DNA of 64,000 nucleotides from a bacterium UBP11_UBA4055 (GTDB taxonomy: Bacteria > UBA4055). The position numbers and the translations under genes are program-made. This document shows positions 38,825 through 48,129 of this stretch, one piece after another (position 1 is the stretch's first letter; each line of letters starts with the position of its first letter). Below the pieces are notes generated by a model that worked only from the letters and a program-made list of their open reading frames with translations, ran no database searches and had not been told where the DNA came from. The DNA lies in the NCBI GenBank assembly GCA_002382735.1, contig DFZN01000039.1, forward strand, positions 24,548 through 88,547. Reading direction: 5' to 3'.

Positions 38825-40107
38825 ATTACACAACACAGATGGACGCGGCATCCAAAGGAATAGTCACTCCTCAGATGCAGGATGTTCTAAATGATGAACA
38901 TATCAGCGAACAGGAACTTTTGAAACTGATGTCGGAAGGAAAAATAGTCATTCCGGCAAATAAAAATCATAAGAACCTGAGAGGTATCGGTATCGGTCAG
39001 GGCTTAAAAACCAAAGTCAATGTTAATCTCGGCGTTTCGAAGGACTGCTTTAACCTTGACATGGAGATGAAAAAAGTCAGAACCGCTCTTAAACTGAAAA
39101 CTGATGCAATCATGGATCTGAGTACATTCGGTGATACGCAATCATTCAGAAAGCTGATCGTGAAAGAATCACCCGTTATGCTTGGAACCGTGCCTATTTA
39201 TGATACGGTGAGGGAGTATATCAACAAACCGATAAAAGACATCTCTGTTGACGAGTGGTTCGGAATTACCGAAAGACACATACTTGACGGCATAGATTTC
39301 CTGACCATACATGCAGGACTGACAAAAGTAGTAATTGAAAGAGTTAAGAAAAATATGAGGCTGACCCATGTAGTTTCGAGGGGCGGATCGATCCTGATGG
39401 AATGGATGGAAGAGAACGAAGCGGAAAATCCCTTCTACGAACATTTTGAAAGACTTCTCGATCTGTGTGAAAAATATGATGTGACTTTGAGCCTCGGCGA
39501 CGGTCTCAGGCCGGGTTGCTTGAAGGACAGCACAGACGCGCCGCAGATACAGGAACTTATCATGCTTGGTGAACTGACGAAGCAGGCATGGAAGAGAAAA
39601 GTTCAGATTATGATCGAAGGACCCGGACATGTTCCTTTGAACGAGATCATTTCCAACATGCAGCTTCAGAAGAAGCTCTGTCACGGCGCGCCCTTTTATG
39701 TACTCGGCCCGCTTGTGACCGACATCGCTCCCGGCTACGATCATATCACAGCCGCCATTGGCGGAGCTCTTGCGGCGGCTCACGGGGCGGACTTCCTGTG
39801 CTATGTTACGCCTGCGGAACATCTCCGCCTGCCCGACCTTGACGATATGAAGGAAGGCGTTATCGCCACCCGCATTGCCGCCCACGCCGCCGACATTGCG
39901 CGGGGACTCCCCGGCGCAATGGACTGGGACAACGCGATGAGCAAGGCGCGCCACGACCTTGACTGGAAAGCGCAGATAGACCTCGCCATTGACCCCGAAA
40001 AAGCAAAAGCTTACCGCGAATCAGCAGCGCCCTTAGACGAGGAAGTATGCTCGATGTGCGGCGAGTTCTGCGCGATAAAAAGAAGCAACAGAGTTCTGGA
40101 TAAATAG
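38821..40107 (+). CDS. thiC: Phosphomethylpyrimidine synthase ThiC
   Basis: 428 aa. It has the conserved ThiC core and the C-terminal CSMCGEFCA (CX2CX4C) Fe-S motif. Confidence 0.9.
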   Translation: MNYTTQMDAASKGIVTPQMQDVLNDEHISEQELLKLMSEGKIVIPANKNHKNLRGIGIGQGLKTKVNVNLGVSKDCFNLDMEMKKVRTALKLKTDAIMDLSTFGDTQSFRKLIVKESPVMLGTVPIYDTVREYINKPIKDISVDEWFGITERHILDGIDFLTIHAGLTKVVIERVKKNMRLTHVVSRGGSILMEWMEENEAENPFYEHFERLLDLCEKYDVTLSLGDGLRPGCLKDSTDAPQIQELIMLGELTKQAWKRKVQIMIEGPGHVPLNEIISNMQLQKKLCHGAPFYVLGPLVTDIAPGYDHITAAIGGALAAAHGADFLCYVTPAEHLRLPDLDDMKEGVIATRIAAHAADIARGLPGAMDWDNAMSKARHDLDWKAQIDLAIDPEKAKAYRESAAPLDEEVCSMCGEFCAIKRSNRVLDK

Positions 40108-40143
40108 TGAAATAATATCTTCATGCTCTTTTTACAGAGAATT

Positions 40144-40601
40144 CTAAAGTTTTGCTGCGTTAAATAACTCTTCGCATTCGTAGTATTTCTTACTCAGCCA
40201 ACCTTTTCCTTTTTGTAAATTCTCCTTTTCAATTGGTGGATTAAAAAGCATTCTCGGTTTTCCAAGTAATAATAGAATAAGTGATGTTTCTTCATTATAT
40301 TTTTCATTTTTTTTAATTTGTAAAAGCATATCATCGATTTTATCGACTTTCAATTTATTTTTTTTATATGACTTTTTATTCCTTCAACTAATTCATAAAA
40401 CGATTTAACTTCAAGATGTTTTTCAATTCCAGCAATATAACTCAATCCGACTTTTATTCCAGGAGAAATTACAGAGATTTGATTACCAAAGCAAGGGGCA
40501 AAATATGTGCATTTATAAACATTGTCATTTGCTTTGCAAAAATAAACACGGCCTTGTAGAAACAATGATAAATTAGGTATTTTATTCACATTACTAATCA
40601 T
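40144..40601 (-). pseudogene. Unknown ~153-aa ORF split into two frames at an A8/T8 homopolymer (40358-40365)
   Basis: The ORFs at 40350-40601 and 40144-40353 abut. Inserting one A in the A8 tract fuses them in frame (…KSHIKKNKLKVDKIDD…). The surrounding region is AT-rich. Confidence 0.45.
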
Positions 40602-40697
40602 TTAAATCTATTACAATTGGTATAGTAATTCAAGTCAGTAATAATGGCTACCCCTTTTTGTTCATTACTCCAAAAATCACTTTACTACTTATACAGT

Positions 40698-40883
40698 TCA
40701 ATTTTCGTTAAAGAGAATTAATCTCTCGTCGGGTATGATGCCTTCCCAAAATGCTTCGATAAACCGGATCTTCAGGTATCTTAAATGTGTTTTGGGAATT
40801 TCGATGATATTAGGTGACGGGTCGTCAATAAATGTGCGGATCTGCCCTCCGCCCTTTATTTTTTCAGGCCGTCTAAATAGCAT
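40698..40883 (-). CDS. Small hypothetical ORF or gene remnant
   Basis: 61 aa, in the AT-rich islet. The upstream out-of-frame segment encodes …KELEFSYSNENVSGFKQLGKCYLDGLKK across an A6 run, so this is probably a fragment. Confidence 0.25.
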   Translation of the reverse strand: MLFRRPEKIKGGGQIRTFIDDPSPNIIEIPKTHLRYLKIRFIEAFWEGIIPDERLILFNEN

Positions 40884-41086
40884 TTACCAAGCTGCTTGAA
40901 ACCCGATACATTTTCATTCGAATAGCTAAATTCCAGTTCTTTAAGAGTTTTGTTCCCTCAGCCGGTACCGCGATTTCTTGAGTCTGAATTTATCGAATAA
41001 TAAAGATCGTATCAACATCAAAAAAGAAGATTTGTTTAAATATCGGAAGTTTAGTATATTTGAATTAAAATGAAACTGGGGTAATT

Positions 41087-41299
41087 ATGATAACGAAAGA
41101 CCTTAAAAATGAGACTTTAAAATTGAGCCCGATCGAGAAAGTTCAATTGGTAGAATTGATATTGCAGAGCCTGAATGAATTTGATACGAAAATAGAGAAT
41201 CTATGGGTAGCCGAATCTGAAGCGAGATATGGTGACTATAAGGATGGTAAATTAAAGGAAGTATCTTTCGAGGATGTCAAAAAAAGGCTTAATAAATGA
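41087..41299 (+). CDS. Putative addiction-module antitoxin component (TIGR02574-like)
   Basis: 70 aa. LSPIEKVQLVELILQSL…ENLWVAESEARYGDYKDGK…VSFEDVKKRL fits the family pattern (ls.eer.eL.e.L..SL….w..e...R...y..g). It overlaps the downstream toxin gene by 4 nt. Confidence 0.7.
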   Translation: MITKDLKNETLKLSPIEKVQLVELILQSLNEFDTKIENLWVAESEARYGDYKDGKLKEVSFEDVKKRLNK

Positions 41300-41586
41300 A
41301 AATCGTTTTTCTGCCTCCCGCAGTTAAAGAACTTGAAGACGCAATAAACTATTATAATTTTCAGCTCGAAAAGCTGGGTGATCAGTTCTATCAGGAATTC
41401 TCGGAAGCTTGTTTACTTATCAGAAATTTTCCTTCCATCTGGCATAAAACAGGTAAATTTACAAGAAGATTCGTATTAAAAAGATTTCCGTATCTTATCC
41501 TTTTCGTTGCAGAACCAGATAAGATCATAATTACTGCTGTTGCTCATCAACACAGAAATCCTGAATCATATATCAGAAGTTTATAA
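41296..41586 (+). CDS. RelE/ParE-family toxin (plasmid stabilisation system protein)
   Basis: 96 aa. The C-terminus IIITAVAHQHRNPESY matches the RelE/ParE I.RI.H.rRdp pattern. It is translationally coupled to the upstream antitoxin-like gene. Confidence 0.7.
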   Translation: MKIVFLPPAVKELEDAINYYNFQLEKLGDQFYQEFSEACLLIRNFPSIWHKTGKFTRRFVLKRFPYLILFVAEPDKIIITAVAHQHRNPESYIRSL

Positions 41587-41591
41587 TATTT

Positions 41592-43142
41592 ATGGCAGAG
41601 AATTACAAAAAACAATATTTAATAATCTCAGTCATCCTCTCGGGACTTGCGACAGGACTTATATTTCCGCCTGTTCATAGCACCTACGCGGTAATTTTAT
41701 TTCTCATTCCGTTCATTCACGCGCTTTACACCGACCCTGAAAAGTCGGTCCGGTACAGTTTTTTCTTCGGATTATCACTTACTATGGCTTCATGCTGGTG
41801 GATATTTTCAAACTCAGGCGCGGACGCATTGTGGATACAGATCATCTCCGGCTTCGGATTATTCATTGTGAGCGCTTCGTATTACGCACTTTTCGGACTG
41901 ATCTACAAATATTCGTGCAGGCTTTTCGGGGAGAAGGCGATTTGGACACTCCCTCTGCTCTGGGGCGGTATGGAAACGGCCATGCTTTTCGAGGAACTCG
42001 CTTTCCCCTGGACATACCTGGCTCACACGCTCACAGGAAAAACAGAATTCATTCAGATAGCTGAATTTTTCGGCGTAAGCTGTGTCTCAATGGCAATTCT
42101 ATATATTTCGATCATGATCTACAGTTCAATAAAATATATGCGCAAGAGAGACTACTTCAGAACATATACAAGACTTCAGGCAGCCCTGCTTCTATTCTTC
42201 GGTCTGATCATTTTCGGCTGGCTGAGGATGGGATATGTAGCAAAGCATCTTGAAACCTCAGACACAATTAAGGCATCGCTCATACATCCCGGTCTCGATG
42301 TGGAGTACAAGTGGGAAAAAGAGAATTTTAAGAATATCATAGATACTCAGTTGACTCTAAGCGAAGCTGCGCTGCCTGAAAAACCCGACCTCATCATCTG
42401 GGGCGAGAGCAATTTTCCAAAATACCTCGAGAATAACCCCTCATACATAGGCGATTTTCTGATATTTGCCGCTGATAAGAAGGTCGATCTGTGCGTAGGC
42501 TCCCTCGGCTATGACTTCTTCCCCGAGACCGAATCCTTTAAAAAATATAACAGCGTTTTCTTCTTCGATCAGAACAATCAGACTTCAAGATATGATAAAA
42601 GAAAACTGGTTCCTTTCGGCGAGAGTTTCCCTTTTGCGTGGGTGCTCACTTTTCTCAAGGACATATCTCTCGGTCAGGCTAATTTCGATAAAGGTCAGAA
42701 TAATATCTCTTTCGAAATGACTTCGGGATATAAATTTCATACGAACATCTGCTACGAAGCTCTTTTCCCCTATTACAACGCTTCTCTTGTACGAAAAGGA
42801 TCGGAATTTATCGTCAATGTTTCGAATGACGCATGGTATGAAGGAACAAGGCAGGTTTTCCAGCACAGCAGATTCAATATTTTCAGAGCGATCGAGAACA
42901 GGAGAAGTGTCGTACGACTTGCCAATAAAGCGGAAAATTCACTCTTCCTTCCGACCGGCGAGCAGCAGATACTCTTTTACAACGAAAAAAATACTCATAG
43001 AACTGTCGGCATACCTTTGAACGGTCAGATAACATTCTTTACCCGATACGGCAGATATTTCGCCCTGTTCCTGTTACTGCTGAACGGCGCTGTGCTTGCG
43101 GCGGGACTGCTGATGAGAAAAAAATCACCGGGGAAAATATGA
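41592..43142 (+). CDS. lnt: Apolipoprotein N-acyltransferase
   Basis: The N-terminus is multi-transmembrane. The C-terminal CN-hydrolase domain carries the catalytic segments LIIWGESNFP and ICYEALFPYY. Confidence 0.85.
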   Translation: MAENYKKQYLIISVILSGLATGLIFPPVHSTYAVILFLIPFIHALYTDPEKSVRYSFFFGLSLTMASCWWIFSNSGADALWIQIISGFGLFIVSASYYALFGLIYKYSCRLFGEKAIWTLPLLWGGMETAMLFEELAFPWTYLAHTLTGKTEFIQIAEFFGVSCVSMAILYISIMIYSSIKYMRKRDYFRTYTRLQAALLLFFGLIIFGWLRMGYVAKHLETSDTIKASLIHPGLDVEYKWEKENFKNIIDTQLTLSEAALPEKPDLIIWGESNFPKYLENNPSYIGDFLIFAADKKVDLCVGSLGYDFFPETESFKKYNSVFFFDQNNQTSRYDKRKLVPFGESFPFAWVLTFLKDISLGQANFDKGQNNISFEMTSGYKFHTNICYEALFPYYNASLVRKGSEFIVNVSNDAWYEGTRQVFQHSRFNIFRAIENRRSVVRLANKAENSLFLPTGEQQILFYNEKNTHRTVGIPLNGQITFFTRYGRYFALFLLLLNGAVLAAGLLMRKKSPGKI

Positions 43143-44314
43143 AAATAATATATCTCATCAAATACGGCGAGCTTATGCTCAAAAAAAAGAACAGGCGCTT
43201 CTTTGAGGATATGGTCATAAGGAACTGCTATGCTGTTCTAAGAGCCCACAACATAAAAAAAGTGAAACTTTTCGGAAGATTTTTGTTCGAGGCTGAGGTG
43301 ACTGACGATGCTGAAAAGAATATCATCACTGAAAAGCTGCGAACGAGGATATTCGGACTCAACAGCATCAGTCCCGGTATTGAGATCGAAAACGATATGG
43401 ATAAGATCGCCGAAGAATGCATAAGACAAGCCGAGATAGAGATTGCCGCTCATAACCCGAAGACATTTAAGATCGAAGTGCGCAGACCTTTTAAGAATTT
43501 TGCGAAAACATCGCTTCAGATAGCTTCAGATCTTGGTTCAGCAGTCTGGACGAGATTTCAGCACCTTGAGGTGGATCTGACTAATCCCGATATGACGATC
43601 TATGTCGAGTTACTTCAGGATTTCACTGTCGTTTATTCAAAGAAATATCAGTGCCTGAAAGGACTTCCTGTCGGAACAGCAGGTAAGGTCGGGCTTCTGC
43701 TTTCCGGGGGGATCGATTCCCCTGTAGCCGGTTACCTCGCTCAAAAAAGGGGATGCTACCTCAACTGCATCTACTTCCACTCCCCACCGCACACTTCGCA
43801 GAAGGCAAAAGAGAAGGTTTTTGAGCTCGCGAAGAAGCTAAAGGATTATCAGACAGGTATAAGGGTATATACGGTCAATTTCACAGAAAGCCAGCTTATG
43901 CTCAAAAAACTTACTGATGAGCAGTATTTCGTAGTCCTCGGCAGAAGGATGATGATGAGAATTGCGAATAAGATAGCAAAAGAGCATGAATTCAAAGCCC
44001 TCATCACTGGAGAAAGTCTCGGACAGGTATCGAGCCAGACCCTCGAAAATATGCACTGTATAGACACAATAGCCGAACTGCCTGTATTAAGGCCGCTGAT
44101 CTGTTACGATAAAGATGAGACCATCGAGATCGCACGCAGGATAGGAACTTTTGACATATCAGTACTTCCTTATGATGACTGCTGTACACTTTTTCTGCCG
44201 CCCAACCCCAACACAAGATCGAAACCATATAACCTCGAACGCGAAGAAAAGAAAGTCGATATTGATGCGATCGTTAAAAAAGCTGTAGAAACTGTCGAAG
44301 TGACCGATCTATAA
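43139..44314 (+). CDS. thiI: tRNA 4-thiouridine synthase / sulfurtransferase ThiI
   Basis: THUMP domain, then the PP-loop LLSGGIDSPVAGY. Length is 391 aa. Confidence 0.85.
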   Translation: MKIIYLIKYGELMLKKKNRRFFEDMVIRNCYAVLRAHNIKKVKLFGRFLFEAEVTDDAEKNIITEKLRTRIFGLNSISPGIEIENDMDKIAEECIRQAEIEIAAHNPKTFKIEVRRPFKNFAKTSLQIASDLGSAVWTRFQHLEVDLTNPDMTIYVELLQDFTVVYSKKYQCLKGLPVGTAGKVGLLLSGGIDSPVAGYLAQKRGCYLNCIYFHSPPHTSQKAKEKVFELAKKLKDYQTGIRVYTVNFTESQLMLKKLTDEQYFVVLGRRMMMRIANKIAKEHEFKALITGESLGQVSSQTLENMHCIDTIAELPVLRPLICYDKDETIEIARRIGTFDISVLPYDDCCTLFLPPNPNTRSKPYNLEREEKKVDIDAIVKKAVETVEVTDL

Positions 44315-45073
44315 TTTCCTGTGAACTACAGTTGCTGAAGCCTGAGAATTCGGTGTGACGGTCAACTCGCAGATCTGGACATGCTCAGGCAGGCTTGCTG
44401 AAAAGAAAACGATGTCGGCGATATCTTCAGCGGTCAGAGCTTTTAATCCCCGATAAACTTTTTTTGCTCTCTCCTTATCCCCGTGAAACCTTACCACGCT
44501 GAAGTTCGTCTCCACGAGCCCGGGCTGAACATTCGTAACTCTGACCGGTGTATCTACCGTATCCATCCTCAATCCGTCGCTGATCAGCCTGACCGCCGCC
44601 TTCACTCCGCAGTAAACCGCTCCGTTCGGATACGCCGCAACCCCCGCTATCGATCCGATATTGATGACATGACCTTTCTTATTCCTGATCATAAGCGGAA
44701 CGATGTTTCTTGAGAGGTAGAGAAGCCCTTTCACATTCGAGTCTATCATCTCGTCCCAGTCGTCCATGTTCCCGTCATGAAATTTTTCAAGCCCTAAAGC
44801 TCCGCCCGCGTTATTCACTAGAACATCTATCTTCTGCCACTTTTTAGGTAGTTCGCCTATCACGGTCGCGACTTTTTCCCTGTCCCGCACATCCAGCTGA
44901 TAGGTCAATATCTCGGTATCATACTTCTTATTTATCGACTCGGCAACTTTGATCAGCTTGTCAATATCTCTCGAACAAAGGATCAGCTTAGCACCTTTTT
45001 CGGCAAATTTTTCAGCGCAGGCTTTACCGATCCCGCTATTCGCCCCTGAAATAAATACTATCTTGTTCTTCAT
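44309..45073 (-). CDS. Short-chain dehydrogenase/reductase (SDR) family oxidoreductase
   Basis: The cofactor-binding motif is ISGANSGIGKA. NNAG is present, and the catalytic YCGVKAA gives YxxxK. Confidence 0.85.
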   Translation of the reverse strand: MKNKIVFISGANSGIGKACAEKFAEKGAKLILCSRDIDKLIKVAESINKKYDTEILTYQLDVRDREKVATVIGELPKKWQKIDVLVNNAGGALGLEKFHDGNMDDWDEMIDSNVKGLLYLSRNIVPLMIRNKKGHVINIGSIAGVAAYPNGAVYCGVKAAVRLISDGLRMDTVDTPVRVTNVQPGLVETNFSVVRFHGDKERAKKVYRGLKALTAEDIADIVFFSASLPEHVQICELTVTPNSQASATVVHRKL

Positions 45074-45275
45074 AAAATAAATTCCCGCTTTTTTTTGGTA
45101 ATCTAAAGATATATTAGCATTTTTTCAACATTTTTCTATATCGAAACGATAAATATATGATTTTTGTTATACATTTTTATTATTTTTCGATTATATTTGT
45201 GTTGATCTTTTCCCGACAAGAAAGTAATGTGATGTTTCTATATAAATAATTGAAGTGAAAAAGAGGAGGAGAAGT

Positions 45276-48011
45276 ATGGGGAAAATTTTGTGCGCGCTTT
45301 TTTTAGTGTGCAGTTTGGTGTCGGGACACGCGTTGAAAGACGAAGACACGACAAACAGGCCGCTTTACTATCAGGGTAAAGTAAAAGTACAGCTTACGGA
45401 AGCCGCAATGAGTTCGAAAGACTTTCAGGTCGCAGGCTGGGGCATGTCTTTTGAAAAAACCGGCATTGCTTCGCTGGATGAAATCGGAATGAAGCACAAA
45501 GCATCAAATGTCAAAATCGCTCATATTGAGGCAAAAAACAAAGATCTGGCGAAAAAACTCGGTCTTGACAGATGGATCGAATTAAACATACCCGAAGATG
45601 CCGATGTTATGGCGGTTGTCGAGGAATACAAAAAAGATCCGAATGTGTCGTTCGCTCAGCCTGAATACGCTAACTACCTGATGGCGACCCCTAACGATAC
45701 ATATTTCGCTAACTGCTGGGGCCACAATAACACTAAACAGCTTCCTGCTTATGTATCCGGGTCACATTCAGGCGCTGGTGTCGGAACTGTCGGATTCGAC
45801 GCAAATACTCAACCGGGATGGGACGGTACTCAGGGATACGGAAGCAGCAGCATAGTCATCGCTATCATGGATACCGGTATAGATTACGACCACCCTGATC
45901 TGGCTGCACATTACATTGGCGGCTGGGACGCGGCGATGAACGACACGAATCCTGATGACAATGAAGGAGTTAGCGGTGTGTCAGGGCATGGTACCAGCTG
46001 TGCCGGTGTAGCCGCCGGTATCACAAACAACGGTATAGGCGTTTCCGGTGTCGCCGGAAACTGCTCGATCATGGCAATAAAGGTTCTTAACAGCTCTGGA
46101 AGCTTGGTCGGAATGGCGAACGGGGCGATTTACGCAGGAGATAACGGAGCCGACATTCTTAGCATGAGCTACGGTGGTGACTACCAGTACGGCACGGACG
46201 CAACAGCAGATGCAGCCTACACTTATGCTTACAATGCAGGCGTAACTCTTCTTGCCGCAACAGGAAATGACGAAAGTCTTTCAAGGATCTCATATCCCGC
46301 AAACCATCCCGACATTATTGGAGTAGGGGCGGCAGCACCAGATAACGGAAGGAAAACAACTACTTCTGTTGACGGAGAATACTGGTGGGCTTCGCAATAC
46401 TGTACAGTTGCTCAGGACGACAGGGCAGCAGTTGATTTCATCGCACCGACGATTCTGCCTGCTACAGACATTGTGGGTTCAGGCGGATTCGACCCCGGAG
46501 ATTACGGACTCTATTTCAACGGCACTTCCTGCGCGACTCCTTATGCTGCCGGATTCGCGGCTCTTATAAAATCGAGGTATCCTTCTTACACTCCGACTCA
46601 GGTCAGGCAGGTTATGGTGGACACGGCGATGGACATAATTGATGAAGAGTCTACGGCAGGATGGGACGGAAAGACCGGTTACGGTTTGATAGATATCGGA
46701 GCCGCTCTTGAATATGTACCTACAGCTCCTCCGCCGGCACCGACATTGACAAGCCCGTCGAACGGAAGCACAACTGCAGATGCTACCCCGTTTTTCGACT
46801 GGGAAGATCATGTTGACGCCGCTACATGGACCATACTCGTTGACAATAATTCTAATTTCGGATCTCCTGAAATTAACCAGACCGTGCCTGAAAGCGAATA
46901 TACAGCTGTTTCGAATCTTGCTGAGGGTACTTATTACTGGAAAGTTCTTGCTACGAACATAATAGGATCAAGCCCGTACTCATCTACAAGAACTTTGTAT
47001 ATCTCATTTCCGGATATCAATCTCTCAACAGCATTACTCAGCACTTCAGCGGCTCCGGAAGCTTCAACAGGAGCTTCTTTTGATATTCAAAACACGGGAA
47101 ATTACACTCTTTCCTATTCAGATATAGATATTTCCTACACAGGATATTTGGTTCCCGCAGGTACTTATCACTCGAACGATTTCCAGTCTGGACTTGTTTA
47201 CACGAATAGCGGAGCGGTCAGTTGGGCTACAGCTACGGGCGGTACATGGAACGGGAATACGACCTGCGCAAAAACTAGTGCTACAGCCGGCACAAATATA
47301 ATAACATCGGCATCTTTCAATACAACTTCCTCAGCCGGAACGGTATATCTTGATTTCGATCACTCTTACACAATGAGAAGCACAAGCAACATAAAAGTAG
47401 AGTATTATACCGGCTCAGCATGGGAAACCGTTTATACTGCGTCTTCCACTTCAGTAACAGGCCACGAAACTATCGAATTGCCTGTTAAATCGGCAAACAC
47501 TCAATTAAGATTCACCGGCGTTATGATAAGATCGCAGGCTGTAACATCATCATGGAGTGTAGATAATATAGTTGTCAGCTCAACTGCGGTCCCTTATTCA
47601 TGGCTGACTATCAACAGCTCGACTTCAGGATCAGTTACTCCTGCAGGAAGTAGCACAATAAACATAATCTGCGATGCGGCGGGGCTTGCAGAAGGTACTT
47701 ACAATGCAAATGTTTCTGTGATTTCGGATGACCCTGATGAAGGCATAAAAGTCCTTCCCGTTGAATTTACAGTTACGCAATCTACCGTCATCCCGGGAGT
47801 TCCATCCAATGTTGTAACCAGCATTTCCGGCACAGATCTTGTCATAGACTGGGATTTAGCGGCCGACGCGACGAGCTACGATGTTTATTCTTCAGATGAT
47901 CCGTACGGAACTTTTAGTTTCGAGGCTAATGTGGCTACAAACCAGTATCAAGTTCCTGCATCCGTCGCGAAAAAATTCTACTATATCGTTTCAAAAAACA
48001 ACACCAAGTAA
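45276..48011 (+). CDS. Secreted S8 subtilisin-like serine protease with a long C-terminal extension ending in an FN3-like domain
   Basis: Catalytic triad: D in IAIMDTGIDYDHPDL, H in GHGTSCAGVAAG, S in GTSCATPYAAGFAAL. The start is moved to ATG 45276 (Shine-Dalgarno sequence aggagga); the track starts at GTG 45255. The C-terminal ~70 aa (IDWDLAADATSYDVYSSDDPYGTF…KFYYIV) are homologous to the C-terminus of the GLUG protein. Confidence 0.85.
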   Translation: MGKILCALFLVCSLVSGHALKDEDTTNRPLYYQGKVKVQLTEAAMSSKDFQVAGWGMSFEKTGIASLDEIGMKHKASNVKIAHIEAKNKDLAKKLGLDRWIELNIPEDADVMAVVEEYKKDPNVSFAQPEYANYLMATPNDTYFANCWGHNNTKQLPAYVSGSHSGAGVGTVGFDANTQPGWDGTQGYGSSSIVIAIMDTGIDYDHPDLAAHYIGGWDAAMNDTNPDDNEGVSGVSGHGTSCAGVAAGITNNGIGVSGVAGNCSIMAIKVLNSSGSLVGMANGAIYAGDNGADILSMSYGGDYQYGTDATADAAYTYAYNAGVTLLAATGNDESLSRISYPANHPDIIGVGAAAPDNGRKTTTSVDGEYWWASQYCTVAQDDRAAVDFIAPTILPATDIVGSGGFDPGDYGLYFNGTSCATPYAAGFAALIKSRYPSYTPTQVRQVMVDTAMDIIDEESTAGWDGKTGYGLIDIGAALEYVPTAPPPAPTLTSPSNGSTTADATPFFDWEDHVDAATWTILVDNNSNFGSPEINQTVPESEYTAVSNLAEGTYYWKVLATNIIGSSPYSSTRTLYISFPDINLSTALLSTSAAPEASTGASFDIQNTGNYTLSYSDIDISYTGYLVPAGTYHSNDFQSGLVYTNSGAVSWATATGGTWNGNTTCAKTSATAGTNIITSASFNTTSSAGTVYLDFDHSYTMRSTSNIKVEYYTGSAWETVYTASSTSVTGHETIELPVKSANTQLRFTGVMIRSQAVTSSWSVDNIVVSSTAVPYSWLTINSSTSGSVTPAGSSTINIICDAAGLAEGTYNANVSVISDDPDEGIKVLPVEFTVTQSTVIPGVPSNVVTSISGTDLVIDWDLAADATSYDVYSSDDPYGTFSFEANVATNQYQVPASVAKKFYYIVSKNNTK

Positions 48012-48035
48012 AGTTATTTCTGCATCTAAATCACG

Positions 48036-48064
48036 AAGCCCCGATATTTTCGGGGCTTTTTTTG
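48036..48064 (+). terminator. Rho-independent terminator after the S8 protease gene
   Basis: Stem agccccga / ucggggcu with a 5-nt loop, followed by UUUUUUU. Confidence 0.75.
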
Positions 48065-48129
48065 TATTTTATTATGGCAATTCCCTTGAAAATATATTAA
48101 TATTTATCAAAGATAAATTCAGGATCAGA

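Noticed and set aside
39169-39954. 261-aa minus-strand ORF, and other short ORFs, inside thiC
   Set aside because: It is antisense to the highly conserved thiC ORF. The GC-rich thiC 3' portion generates long antisense open frames by chance.
47881-48129. Long N-terminal extension of the histidine-kinase ORF as given in the track
   Set aside because: It overlaps the S8 protease coding region and a strong intrinsic terminator and lacks an ATG. It is treated as an artefact of the open frame, with the TTG at 48130 preferred as the start.
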